Of a stretch of 64,000 nucleotides of DNA, positions 48,703-58,839 are shown in pieces (the stretch's first letter is position 1; each line of letters opens with the position of its first letter). The translations under genes and the position numbers were made by a program. The notes under the pieces were generated by a model. The model was not told the origin of the DNA. It ran no database searches and saw only the letters and a list, made by a program, of their open reading frames with translations. This DNA is from a virus (Duplodnaviria; Caudoviricetes): the IMG/VR virus record IMGVR_UViG_3300028549_001457, positions 214,786 to 278,785 of that record. One strand, written 5' to 3'.

Positions 48703-48752
48703 ACTTGGAGTGTATAGATATTGGGGCCAACATCCTAGGGAGTTCCGTATAT

Positions 48753-48971
48753 ATGCCGTATACTCTTTATAAAATTTTTCTATTCTATGGATTGATGGGG
48801 GTTGCAACTGCTATCTGGGTGGCTAGCACCCTTCATAAAGACCCAAATGTTGCTCCAGAGGATCGAACACTAGCACGAATTCTTGCGATTCCGTGGTGCC
48901 TGTGTTTGTGGCCCGTTGAGTTCTTTTCTTTTGTAGTGTTCTTTCTAAGAAAGGTCTTCCGCAATGCTTAA
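48753..48971 (+). CDS. Small two-TM membrane protein (holin candidate)
   Basis: RBS GGGAG; two hydrophobic segments; overlaps the endolysin start. Confidence 0.4.
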   Translation: MPYTLYKIFLFYGLMGVATAIWVASTLHKDPNVAPEDRTLARILAIPWCLCLWPVEFFSFVVFFLRKVFRNA

Positions 48972-49674
48972 GCCTATCGTAGTTGCCTCCATTTACAATA
49001 ACAAACCCATGCCTTCTCGTATGGCTCTCTGCACATCTGATATGATTGATGGCATTAAGGCCCTTGAGGAGGCCCTGGCTGCTAAGGGCGCTAAACTGAT
49101 ACTTTCGGACCTATTTAGATCTTATGACATGCAGTTTCAAGCTCATTTGGATTACACAAGCGGGAAAAAGAAGGCTTTTTCTCCAGCCCCAGGCGGGTCT
49201 ATGCATGAAGCTGGACGAGCTATGGATATCTCCCTGGAAGCTATCTCCCCGTTATCTTTGCAGGAGTTCTGGGATATCGCCAAGCCTATTGGGTTTATGC
49301 CTATTATTGATAAACCCAAAATGGGAGCCTCTGAGTCCTGGCATTTTGACTTTAGGGGTAGCTTTCAGAAAGTTTATGACTATGCAAAGGCCCACTCCCC
49401 TAGTTGGAAGCCCTACCAGATTATGGCCGCGTTAGCCATTCTTGAACAGGGTATTGAGGTGGATGTTCTTAAGGAAAACCGTCAGGGGTTCGTCATTCAA
49501 AGTGCTCTGGTTCGCCTTGGAGCTACTTTTGGGGCAATTGATGGGCAGATTGGCCCTCAATGTCAGAAAGCTATCAAGGATATGGGGTATACTGGATCGT
49601 CCGATCTGGGGGCTGTTTATGCCTTTCTGAATGCCAAAGTCCGGGAAGCTTTCCCAAATGAATACCAAGCGTAA
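48964..49674 (+). CDS. Endolysin, M15/VanY-like Zn peptidase with C-terminal peptidoglycan-binding-like domain
   Basis: SDLFRSY..Q, PGGSMHEAGRAMD, ESWHFD; C-terminal IQSAL..LG....IDG.IGP....AI. Confidence 0.8.
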   Translation: MLKPIVVASIYNNKPMPSRMALCTSDMIDGIKALEEALAAKGAKLILSDLFRSYDMQFQAHLDYTSGKKKAFSPAPGGSMHEAGRAMDISLEAISPLSLQEFWDIAKPIGFMPIIDKPKMGASESWHFDFRGSFQKVYDYAKAHSPSWKPYQIMAALAILEQGIEVDVLKENRQGFVIQSALVRLGATFGAIDGQIGPQCQKAIKDMGYTGSSDLGAVYAFLNAKVREAFPNEYQA

Positions 49675-51217
49675 ATTAGTTCGCAAATTTGATTACTGGA
49701 CTCGTAAGAAACGTAGGCAGCTTGTGTATTTTATATGTTGGCTTACAGGGGGGCATCAGTGGTCTCCCTGGAAACCCACGGCTGCATATTCTCTTGGAGA
49801 AACCAGATCTGTAAACAATATCCGAGAATGTCTATGTTGTGAAAAGCAAGAAAGCACCCCCTTAGATCCAACTATAAAGGCGCATGAACCTCAGTATTTT
49901 TAAATCTTGGGAGACCCAAATGTTCGACAACTATGTTAAAAGTGGCCCCTCTCATATGTCCGTAACGACAACTGTTCACGAACATAGAGCACCCACCGAT
50001 GATAGTGTTAAACTGCTCCGAGAGATGGAGACGAAGGCGGAAGAACAAATTCGAAAAGCCTTCCCTCTCAATCTAAATACTCTAGAGGGCACAGCCTTTT
50101 TAAACAGAGATTGTATCGGATATCGCCATGTTCTAATTATTCGATATGTTCTCAATGGTGTGGCCCATGAGTTCAAGGGCATCCTACCATGGGAACTTAA
50201 ACTGACAGATCAGGTGGTAGCTGAATTAAAATCTCAGTTTGCCGCCCACCTAACTGAAACATTCCTTTCTGACCTTACAAAGGCAATTGTCCCTGCTTTT
50301 GAGTCGCAGGGGAGGTTCTAGATGAGTTGTTTTGATACCGTTAAGTTTAGTTGCCCTACCTGCACAACCGCAATTCTAATACAGACTAAGTCTGGCCCGT
50401 GTGCATTAAAGACTTACAGAGGCTCCCGAGCCCCTTTGTCTGTAGCTGGAGGGGTCCTGGGAGAAACCGTCTCGTGCCCCAAATGTTCAGCATCTTGGAA
50501 GATTACGGGGCCTAGAGTAATTCAATTGGGCCTTGAGCCGCTTGACGAAGATGATGACTGCGAGGATTACGACTAATGACTGCACCATCTGATTTTGAAT
50601 ATGCAGTTCATATGGGTTTCACGAACAAGGATAGATGGGGGGAGGGGACCCCTCACCACCCACAATCGTTGCGCCTAATGGAGTTTATCAAAGAACATGA
50701 CTTTCAAGACTATGGTGACCATTTCTGCTGGAAGACTGGTGGGGATGGGGATAATGGTGAATCGTTAATGTATCAGATGGATGCATACTTTGAGACATTA
50801 GATCAAATAGCACTGGATAATCAGTAATCAGTAGAGGTTCTTATGCCAAACAAGTTGCCCGTTGAGGGTAGGTGGGTTCGGTGGCGATTGGATGAATGTC
50901 CCCACTGTGGAGACTGGCTTTTTTGTGATGGAACCCGATTGTTTTGCGACTGCGGGAAGGAATTTCCGCTTACCTCGCTTAAAGCTAAAGCAGACCTGGA
51001 TGCTGAACTCACACGTTTACAGGCTTTAGAACCTTCAGCATACATCAGGAACCCCCTGAAACCACCCTTGGGCGTCCCACCTACCTATGTCTGGATTGAG
51101 CTTAGAAAAGCCGATTTAGAACGGGCTATTAGTGAATATACAAAAGAAGGGTTCCCTGTTAGACCAGAATGGGAAATAGAACTGGCTGAGATAAACTCAA
51201 GGGAGGAGACCAAGTGA
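49631..51217 (+). CDS. Cluster of small hypothetical proteins (49631-49903, 49884-50321, 50322-50576, 50576-50827, 50843-51217)
   Basis: Coupled + strand ORFs, several with CxxC pairs. Confidence 0.5.
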
Positions 51218-51407
51218 ACGAATTTATGATTACTCGATACAACCCCTATAATACTTACCAGCGAATTGAGCATACCACCGTGCAGGGGACGGATATTAAT
51301 GCAGCTATGGTTAACTCTGGGTGGCAACCCTCCGAAATTATTGCCATTCGATTAGTAACATCCCCACCCTATGTTACCTAAAGTATGATTCTTCTTTTTA
51401 GGAAGCT

Positions 51408-51725
51408 GTGATGAGTGGATTGAAAATGATTAAAGTGAGCCGAATACTTGTATCCAAAGGTCGTATTGAAGAAAAATATAGTAGATCTTCAATTATCGAT
51501 GCTCTGAAAGAATACATTATGGAAGTTCTATCTAAGATAGAGCCCATTAATGAATTCAAGGTTTATGTAGCTCAGAATTTTGGACCTACATATCATCTCT
51601 TAGATGACTTTGAGCTGGATGAGGGACTTTGGTCGGCTGCAATTAATGGACTTAAAGGGTCTCATCAAATCGAGGAACTCGAAGCCATTCAACCACACAC
51701 GGCTAGTTTCAGAAAATTAGTTTGA
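51408..51725 (+). CDS. Hypothetical protein with MIKVSRIL segment (possible start 51411 or 51426)
   Basis: Preceded by TCTTTTTAGGAAG at 51393-51405. Confidence 0.6.
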   Translation: MMSGLKMIKVSRILVSKGRIEEKYSRSSIIDALKEYIMEVLSKIEPINEFKVYVAQNFGPTYHLLDDFELDEGLWSAAINGLKGSHQIEELEAIQPHTASFRKLV

Positions 51726-51813
51726 TAGTAAATAAAGTTGTTTAGTATCTATATTGTGCCCGTGACCCACACACAACCGTATTAAATCAAATACGGTCTG
51801 CAGGGAGGGCATA

Positions 51814-51846
51814 AACAAAGAACCCACCATTGGTGGGCTTTTTGTT
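51814..51846. terminator. Bidirectional terminator between convergent genes
   Basis: AACAAAGAACCCACC-ATT-GGTGGGCTTTTTGTT hairpin with A- and T-tails. Confidence 0.8.
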
Positions 51847-52246
51847 ATGTGATCGAGTATGGCCTGAGTTCCCCAGATTTATTTAGACTCAGGAAGTCCT
51901 GGAGAGGCACCGCATAGCTTCTACCTCCCGAGTCTAGGAGCACCTCGTCAATGCGGAAGGTTTTGGACTCTTCCTGGACCATTCGCTGAATATAATTAAA
52001 GATAGATCCAACTAGCGAGTTAGCCTCAAATCCAGCCATACCAGATTGGAAGAAACCCCTAACCCACCCCTTATTAAATGCTTCTTCATAGGTAGCCTCG
52101 GGGCCGAGTCTTTCTTCGAGGATTTCTTGGTGGGACTCTTCCCCAGGGTAGATTTGTCTATCGGGGGTTATCCAGAACCCATACCAATTGGCAGCTTTCT
52201 TATAATTCCTAGTGCTATGCTTCAGCACTCTAGATACTTTAATCAT
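51845..52246 (-). CDS. Small WITPD...GWVR-domain protein with MIKVSRVL leader
   Basis: ATG at 52246 with RBS AGGAAGAGGT; KKAANWYGFWITPD..H.....EEAFNKGWVR. Confidence 0.7.
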   Translation of the reverse strand: MIKVSRVLKHSTRNYKKAANWYGFWITPDRQIYPGEESHQEILEERLGPEATYEEAFNKGWVRGFFQSGMAGFEANSLVGSIFNYIQRMVQEESKTFRIDEVLLDSGGRSYAVPLQDFLSLNKSGELRPYSIT

Positions 52247-52445
52247 ATATGACCTCTTCCTAAAAAGACGATCCTGACTCATTTGGACCTCATTTTCTGT
52301 TAACAAAACACCCACATATTTTTAACTGACTTCAACATAGAAGCGTAGCGACTTTTACTGCGCCCATGCTAACACATCAGTCACTAAAATACGTGTCAAT
52401 GCCTAAAATAATCTAGTGTATCTAACATGAACCGAGGATCCGAAC

Positions 52446-53198
52446 ATGAAATATATTTTCTTAGACACAGAGACAGGTGGGCTTGACCCCTCCAAAAATG
52501 CCCTGCTTACTGTGGGGATGGTGGTTCAAGGTGATGATGGTGATATTTTGGGGACACTCCATCTTAATATCCATCCAGAGGACTTTATTGTTGAGGCAGA
52601 TGCCCTATTAATCAATAAAATAAACATGATGGATCACCTAGAAAAAGCTCTCAGCCGAAAGGATGCTGCACGGAGTATCTCCGCATGGGTATCCCACTAT
52701 TTCGGTGAAAAGAAACCTCATGTAGTTGGGCATAATACCTCTTTTGACCTAGGGTTCTTGGATCAACTCTTCAGAGAAACCAACACCCCTATCCCATATT
52801 CTTATCGTAGTTTAGATACCATGGGGAATGCCCTGTTTATAAAATCCTTGGGGGTTTCTGTAGGGGATAAGCTTGGGCTTGAAGCTTTAATGTCTTTCTA
52901 TGGCATCCATTTGCCTGATCATGAGACTCTACATAACGCACTAACAGATGCTAAGATGACCCGATTAGTCTTTTTGGCCCAACAGTCACAATTATCATCA
53001 CTTTTATCTAAGAATCCCTTGAGGTGGGTCCTGAACTTCTTCAAAAAAGGAGGGTCTCACAATACTTCTTGTCTTAAATGTGCGTTAAAGGATGACGAGC
53101 TTATTCGCTATAAAACAGCTCTAGGTGGGATTGCCCAGAGTGTCCATTATGGTGATTCTCAGATTGCTAAACAAGCCCTTGGCTTGATCTCCAAGTAG
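52446..53198 (+). CDS. DEDDh 3'-5' exonuclease (DnaQ-like)
   Basis: FLDTETGGL, GHNTSFDLGFL, HNALTDA. Confidence 0.9.
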   Translation: MKYIFLDTETGGLDPSKNALLTVGMVVQGDDGDILGTLHLNIHPEDFIVEADALLINKINMMDHLEKALSRKDAARSISAWVSHYFGEKKPHVVGHNTSFDLGFLDQLFRETNTPIPYSYRSLDTMGNALFIKSLGVSVGDKLGLEALMSFYGIHLPDHETLHNALTDAKMTRLVFLAQQSQLSSLLSKNPLRWVLNFFKKGGSHNTSCLKCALKDDELIRYKTALGGIAQSVHYGDSQIAKQALGLISK

Positions 53199-53205
53199 GA
53201 GCTAC

Positions 53206-53547
53206 ATGTCGATACAGAATTTGCAATCCATGCTAGCCACTGCCCTCGCATGGACTCCCAAAGACCCACAGGAAGCTCTCCAGCTTGCGGAAAGTATGGC
53301 AAAGGGCTTTGTTAAATCTGAGATTATTGAAGAGGTCTCCCTAGATTCTAGGTGCGTTACCGTGTATCCATGTCCTAAGTGTGGGTGCCCAGATGCGGAT
53401 TCTCGGACATACCATGATGGTATTATTGAAGAAAGAGAACGTATTGTTAGGCTTGTAGAGGGGATGGGACATGTGTTTGCTTCTAAGTCTGGTGCAGAAG
53501 CCTTTGTAGAAGAACTTTGGAATAATGAGGACCATTATAATGATTAA
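53206..53547 (+). CDS. Hypothetical protein
   Basis: RBS AGGAG; CPKCGC. Confidence 0.5.
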   Translation: MSIQNLQSMLATALAWTPKDPQEALQLAESMAKGFVKSEIIEEVSLDSRCVTVYPCPKCGCPDADSRTYHDGIIEERERIVRLVEGMGHVFASKSGAEAFVEELWNNEDHYND

Positions 53548-54529
53548 AGCAAGAATCCTTCTAGACTCTATTGGAATTGGTGTAAGTGCCCCCAGGTTAA
53601 CTACATGGTTGTTAACCATGCCCAGGTTCATCCTTGCCGAATTTAACACGCACAGAGCCATTTCTAAAAATTGCCCGTCATCCCGTGCTATCCCAGTCGA
53701 AAAGAGAATTCGGATGGCCCTAGAGGAACCAGTAGTTCCCATTGAGTGGGGGATGAATAGCGAAAATATGCAATCGCATGTGATCGCAGATGAAGCAACG
53801 GCAAGTGCAGCAAAATTTGCATGGCTGGAAGCTAGAGATGCTGCCGTAAATGCTGCAAAAGATATGGTTGAACTTGGAATCCATAAGCAAATTGCAAACC
53901 GTCTGCTTGAACCTTTCATTACCGTAACAGTTCTAGCAACGGGTACCCAGGATGGTTGGGAGAATTTCTTTGCGTTGAGGGCTGAAAGTGCTGCAGATCC
54001 TCACATTCAGAAGTTAGCCTATGAGATGCTTGATGCATATAACGCATCAACCCCTCAAGTCTTGAATCCAGGTGACTGGCATATCCCTTTCGGAGACGAT
54101 ATGCCAGACGGACTCTCCTGGGACGATATGATTAAGGTTGCGGTAGCTAGATCTGCCCGAGTTTCATACAATAACTTTGACGGTTCCAGAGACGTTCAGA
54201 AAGACTTCAAGCTTCATGATCGCCTAGCTGCGTCAGGGCATTGGAGTGCCTTTGAGCATATTGCCCAGGTCCCTGACATCATAAACCTATTGGCAAAGGT
54301 TGCTCCAGAGGTCCCTGTAGAAGAGCTGCAAGCACTACGGGATCATTTGGAGAATGCCAAACGGGATCCTGACTACTCTATTGTTTGCAACTACAATGTG
54401 GATTGTGTTAATTTAGGACCTGTTATGAATAACCCCCTCTCAGGGAACCTCGTGGGATGGTCGCAACTTCGTAAAACCTACCCTAATGAGTCTAGAAAAG
54501 ATCCTAGAGTTCTTGGTAGTGGTTGCTAG
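53525..54529 (+). CDS. thyX: Flavin-dependent thymidylate synthase (phage-type ThyX/Thy1)
   Basis: RFILAEFNTHRAISKNCPSSRAIP, HKQIANRLLEPF, ARSARVSY, GHWSAFEH. Confidence 0.88.
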   Translation: MRTIIMIKARILLDSIGIGVSAPRLTTWLLTMPRFILAEFNTHRAISKNCPSSRAIPVEKRIRMALEEPVVPIEWGMNSENMQSHVIADEATASAAKFAWLEARDAAVNAAKDMVELGIHKQIANRLLEPFITVTVLATGTQDGWENFFALRAESAADPHIQKLAYEMLDAYNASTPQVLNPGDWHIPFGDDMPDGLSWDDMIKVAVARSARVSYNNFDGSRDVQKDFKLHDRLAASGHWSAFEHIAQVPDIINLLAKVAPEVPVEELQALRDHLENAKRDPDYSIVCNYNVDCVNLGPVMNNPLSGNLVGWSQLRKTYPNESRKDPRVLGSGC

Positions 54530-54530
54530 C

Positions 54531-54704
54531 ATGGAAACCCAGTATATAGCAATTGTTTGTAGGGGGGTTGGTCAAGACACACGGAGGGTTGTCTGTAGAT
54601 CTACAGCAGCCTCTATAGGGGAAGCTCTGGCAATCATTGAAGATAGCTTCACAGAAGAGGCCCACGTTATGTGTATTGGGGAATCTGATATCTGTGTGGA
54701 GTAG
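54531..54704 (+). CDS. Small hypothetical protein
   Basis: ATG immediately after the thyX stop. Confidence 0.4.
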   Translation: METQYIAIVCRGVGQDTRRVVCRSTAASIGEALAIIEDSFTEEAHVMCIGESDICVE

Positions 54705-54764
54705 CACTCCCCCAACCAACCTTATTTGGTGAGCCCTTCTTTTTCTTTTGGGGAGGGCGGTCAA

Positions 54765-56672
54765 ATGGACAAGAAGGGTATCGAACAAAGATCCGCGATG
54801 GATTTTAATCAAATACCGTTTATTCAAGCGGTTATGGAGAACCTAGCCTCGCACCCTACAGAGGTTACTGGGGATTCTGGAAGCCTTGCCGTGGGAAGGT
54901 TTTATTATAATACTACCGACCAACTCCCTTATATCTATGGGTCTGCAGGATGGTCTGTTTTTGGTGGGTCCTCTATAACTACTACTGTTGTAGGTTTGCT
55001 CAAGGGGAACGGATCTAGTGTAGTAGCTGCCGTGGCTGGGGTAGATTTCCAGGAGCCCCTAACTGGGACTGGTTTTGTAAAATCTACGGCTGGGGTCATC
55101 AATTATGATACGTCTACGTATTCATTAGATTCACATAACCATGCCTCAGTATATCAGCCGCTTGATGGTGACTTAACGGCTATTGCAGAGTTATCTGGAA
55201 CTACGGGTCTTCTAAAGAAAACAGCGGAAAACACTTGGAGTGTGGATACCTCAACGTATATCACATCCATATCCTCAGGGGACGTCACAACAGCCCTAGG
55301 GTTTACCCCATACAATGCTACGAATCCTTCAGGATATACCTCAAACACCGGAACCGTAGTCTCGGTATCCGTAGCTTCTGCAAATGGATTTGGGGGTAGC
55401 GTAGCTAACTCAACTACAACCCCAGCTATTACTTTAACTACTACAATTTCAGGGATTCTGAAGGGAAGTGCTTCTGCATTGGTTGCGGCCACAGCAGGAT
55501 CTGATTATGTAGCCCCAGGTGGGGCGTTGGGCACCCCATCCAGTGGGAACCTTACTAACTGCACATTCCCTGTCTTGAATCAATCCACTACTGGAAATGC
55601 AGCTACCGCAACTACCGCACTAGCCGCTGATGCCGCCACCCTGAATCTAGGAACATCAACAGCTTCAGCAATCAATCTTGGAACAGCTTCTACTACCCAA
55701 ACAATCAACATAGGAACAGGATCAGGAACCACTACCATTAATCTTGGTGGTGCTGGAGACACTGTAGCCATAGCTGGAACACTAGCTACAATCAATACTA
55801 CTAACATTGCAGTATCAGATAAGCTAATAACACTTAATAAGAATGGTGTAGCTTCTTCTGGTGCTGTTTCTGGCTTAGAGATTGAAGAGGCTTCAGCTAT
55901 CTCTGGATACTTCAGAACAACAGGAGACAGGACAGGCTTTGAAATGAAAGCTCCTGGTACTGCTGGAATCCTTACCTTCACTCCTGGAGCTACAAACACT
56001 TCTGTAATACTCTCCAGTGATTCTAGACTGACTAACTCTAGACCTGCATCAGATGTTTCAGCATGGGCTAAAGCTGCTACAAAGCCTTCTTATGCTCTGA
56101 ATGAAATAACATCAGCAGCTTTAACAGCCACTACAGGAACATTCACTAGCTCGATTCAAGCTTCTTGTTTACTTGTAAATGGGTCTACTAATAGTGCTGC
56201 TGGAAGTATTTTATGGACTCCTTCTCAGGGCTTATTGTTATGGCCTAAGACCGGATCAACCTATGATTTTTCTTTAGTTAATGCTGCTAATACCGCCTAT
56301 GTAATGACGTTACCAACTGGAACTAATAATGTCAACTTCCACGGTAATATAACGGCTAATGGTTCCATTAACGCTCTCTCAGGATCTTTCACTGGTACCT
56401 TCGCCGCAGGAGTTAGCACTCTTACAGATTCGTCAGCGGTGTCAACAAAACCCCTGGTGATCACTAATAACTATGGTACCTCAATGGATCAAGTGGTTTG
56501 TGGTATTACCATGGGTAGATCCGCAGGTATTGCTTTTGGTGGTGTCTATGGAGCAGGTTGCAAACGACTACGGCCACGGCTGTTTGTACTTCAAGACCAA
56601 GACATCAGACGCCCTTGGATTAGAAACAAAACTAACCATTGCTGCTACTGGCCTTGCCACTTTTACAGGTGA
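54765..56672 (+). CDS. Fibre protein, N-terminal part (frameshifted near 56547)
   Basis: RBS GGGAGGG; Gly/Ser/Thr-rich fibre repeats; composition degrades after GIAFGGV. Confidence 0.7.
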   Translation: MDKKGIEQRSAMDFNQIPFIQAVMENLASHPTEVTGDSGSLAVGRFYYNTTDQLPYIYGSAGWSVFGGSSITTTVVGLLKGNGSSVVAAVAGVDFQEPLTGTGFVKSTAGVINYDTSTYSLDSHNHASVYQPLDGDLTAIAELSGTTGLLKKTAENTWSVDTSTYITSISSGDVTTALGFTPYNATNPSGYTSNTGTVVSVSVASANGFGGSVANSTTTPAITLTTTISGILKGSASALVAATAGSDYVAPGGALGTPSSGNLTNCTFPVLNQSTTGNAATATTALAADAATLNLGTSTASAINLGTASTTQTINIGTGSGTTTINLGGAGDTVAIAGTLATINTTNIAVSDKLITLNKNGVASSGAVSGLEIEEASAISGYFRTTGDRTGFEMKAPGTAGILTFTPGATNTSVILSSDSRLTNSRPASDVSAWAKAATKPSYALNEITSAALTATTGTFTSSIQASCLLVNGSTNSAAGSILWTPSQGLLLWPKTGSTYDFSLVNAANTAYVMTLPTGTNNVNFHGNITANGSINALSGSFTGTFAAGVSTLTDSSAVSTKPLVITNNYGTSMDQVVCGITMGRSAGIAFGGVYGAGCKRLRPRLFVLQDQDIRRPWIRNKTNHCCYWPCHFYR

Positions 56673-57723
56673 TATAGACTTACCAAAAACAAATAACTGG
56701 AGCTATTTAATGAATAGCTCTTCTCAGGGTGGTTTAAAACTGCAAACCGCAGGAACAGATTGTTTATCCTTATCTAGTGGTGGAAACTATGTGCAGGCTC
56801 ACTTACCCTTTATCGGTACTTCCGGTGGATTTACTGATACAGTAAGTGTTTCTCATCCATCTTCTACAAGTATTTTCAGAGTAAATGCTGTAGCAGGGCA
56901 AATAGGTGGATATCAGTTTGGTGTAGCAGGTCAAACCAGAGCAGCTTTGTATTGTGATGCTAATAATGTTTCTTTTAGCTCTTGGAATAGTAGCGGTGTT
57001 TGGATTGATCAACCTTTGGTCATTCCTAATAGTGCTGGCGGAACTATTTTAATGTATAGACCTTTAACCTCTACTGGTCAAATCATCGGTTCTAGTATTA
57101 AATCTCAAACCGGCTCTGCTTACAATCTATTAGTCAATAACCAACCTACGGGTGCTTATAATCCAGCAGTACAAGAAGGTGATAATGTTCTTGTATTTAC
57201 CAATGGAACTTCAGGCCAGGGCTCTTTAACTATCGGTGCTTGGAATGGTACGGGTGGTGTAAGAATCAATAGTGCTGGTGTGATCACTGCTCCATCTTTC
57301 AATGGTTCTTTAGCCTGGAAAGGTATTTATACAGCAGCCGCGCCAGGAACCACTAGGGGTACAGATGGATTAAACTTCTATGGATGTTATTCTGGGGATG
57401 GTTATCCTACCTCTTATGGTAATGTTCTTCATATGAGAGGTGGGGGTGCAAATCAACTCTTACTAGGTTGGTCTGGTTCTGATGGCTCTCACGCTGATAA
57501 CTACATAAGGTCGAAGAGAGATAATGATACTGGTGCTTGGTCGCCATGGGCTAAGATTATTACTGATGTAAACATTGGTTCCACTGGCGCTGCTATTGGA
57601 GGTACTCAATTTGAGGCTACAAATAATGGCACTGCAGGCGGTATTATAATGCGTAATCCTTCAGGTACTCGCTTCAGGTTATCTATTAACGCCAGCAATC
57701 AGCTACAACTGGATCCAATCTAA
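56473..57723 (+). CDS. Fibre protein, C-terminal part with knob-like domain (+1 frame)
   Basis: Becomes protein-like from MEQVANDYGHGCLYFKT (56548); GYPTSYGNVLH..QLLLGW...YIRSKRD...WSPWAKI is a typical fibre-knob segment. Confidence 0.7.
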   Translation: MVPQWIKWFVVLPWVDPQVLLLVVSMEQVANDYGHGCLYFKTKTSDALGLETKLTIAATGLATFTGDIDLPKTNNWSYLMNSSSQGGLKLQTAGTDCLSLSSGGNYVQAHLPFIGTSGGFTDTVSVSHPSSTSIFRVNAVAGQIGGYQFGVAGQTRAALYCDANNVSFSSWNSSGVWIDQPLVIPNSAGGTILMYRPLTSTGQIIGSSIKSQTGSAYNLLVNNQPTGAYNPAVQEGDNVLVFTNGTSGQGSLTIGAWNGTGGVRINSAGVITAPSFNGSLAWKGIYTAAAPGTTRGTDGLNFYGCYSGDGYPTSYGNVLHMRGGGANQLLLGWSGSDGSHADNYIRSKRDNDTGAWSPWAKIITDVNIGSTGAAIGGTQFEATNNGTAGGIIMRNPSGTRFRLSINASNQLQLDPI

Positions 57724-58385
57724 TGCCCTATAGATTCTCAGCTACTACCGGAAATATCGTTCGGCCTATTGAAGCATCCTGCTTAAATACAACAACGGGG
57801 GCGTTAATAACACCCCTGAAGTATGGACCTGCTGGATCAGCTATAACAATGTGGAACGGTGTAATTGAAAGCTATAGCTTAAATGTTTTTGCAAAACCTT
57901 CTGCAAGAGCAGGTTCAGCGACAGGTTATGCTAGTGCATATGATGGTGCTGGAACACCGGGAACTACTACAACCTATGCTTCATTGCAGAGTGGTTTTGC
58001 TAACAGTGTAACAGTTTATGAAACATACTCTTTTTCTGGTTCTACTACATATACAAAATACAAGCTGTATTTAACATATGATTGGAGTGCTACAATACAA
58101 GAAGATCAAGAGACGTTTGAACCTGTGCAAGCTGCCCTAACAATACAGTATTCAATAAATGGAACAGTCTGGACAAGTGTATTTATCACCAATGTATCTT
58201 CAAATAATGGTAGTAGAACCTATACAACACCATTTGATTTAGGTACTTTACCTTCTACATCTTTAGATAACTTTAAAGTAAGATTTACAGCAAAATCTAA
58301 TCCATATAAAAATGCCCTTTTAAAAACCATGTATGCCTCAGGAAGCTTTTACATTAAAGATGTTTATATAGAAGCAGAGAATTAA
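57723..58385 (+). CDS. Virion-type beta-sandwich protein, paralog of 17640
   Basis: Coupled start; KPS...AYDG...IQYSINGTVW...KVRF...FYIKDVYIE. Confidence 0.6.
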   Translation: MPYRFSATTGNIVRPIEASCLNTTTGALITPLKYGPAGSAITMWNGVIESYSLNVFAKPSARAGSATGYASAYDGAGTPGTTTTYASLQSGFANSVTVYETYSFSGSTTYTKYKLYLTYDWSATIQEDQETFEPVQAALTIQYSINGTVWTSVFITNVSSNNGSRTYTTPFDLGTLPSTSLDNFKVRFTAKSNPYKNALLKTMYASGSFYIKDVYIEAEN

Positions 58386-58459
58386 GGTAGGGCATTTAAT
58401 TGGTTTAAAGTTTCGTAAACTCTCGTCAGGATGTTTCTAGTCTGTATTAAGATATTGAT

Positions 58460-58829
58460 ATGGATAAGCTGCTTTATATAACTAAATGTTCGGACCCCCT
58501 GATGTGGTATGCACCCCTGGTGGGTACCACCGTCCCATTTTTAGGTGTCTGGACTGAAGGGTTTAAGAGTAGAGAACCCTCCGGGTATATCAATATCGTT
58601 AAAAAAACAGACTGTTACATCCTTGAGGAGCCTCAGAGTGTCAGACCAAATACTCTCTAATGAAATTAAACCAAACAACATCGTTTTTCATACTCAAGAG
58701 AATAATGAGATCCTAAAGATTGGTCCAGATGGTTTCTGGGTCCGTGGGGTTGCTGTTGAGCAGGGTCCAGGTGAGGCTAGAGAGGTCTACAACGCCTTCT
58801 TGGAATTTTTGAATGGTGCGGGGCACTAG
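58460..58829 (+). CDS. Two small hypothetical proteins (58460-58660; GTG 58638-58829)
   Basis: The second has RBS GAGGAG. Confidence 0.45.
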
Positions 58830-58839
58830 AGAGCTTTCG

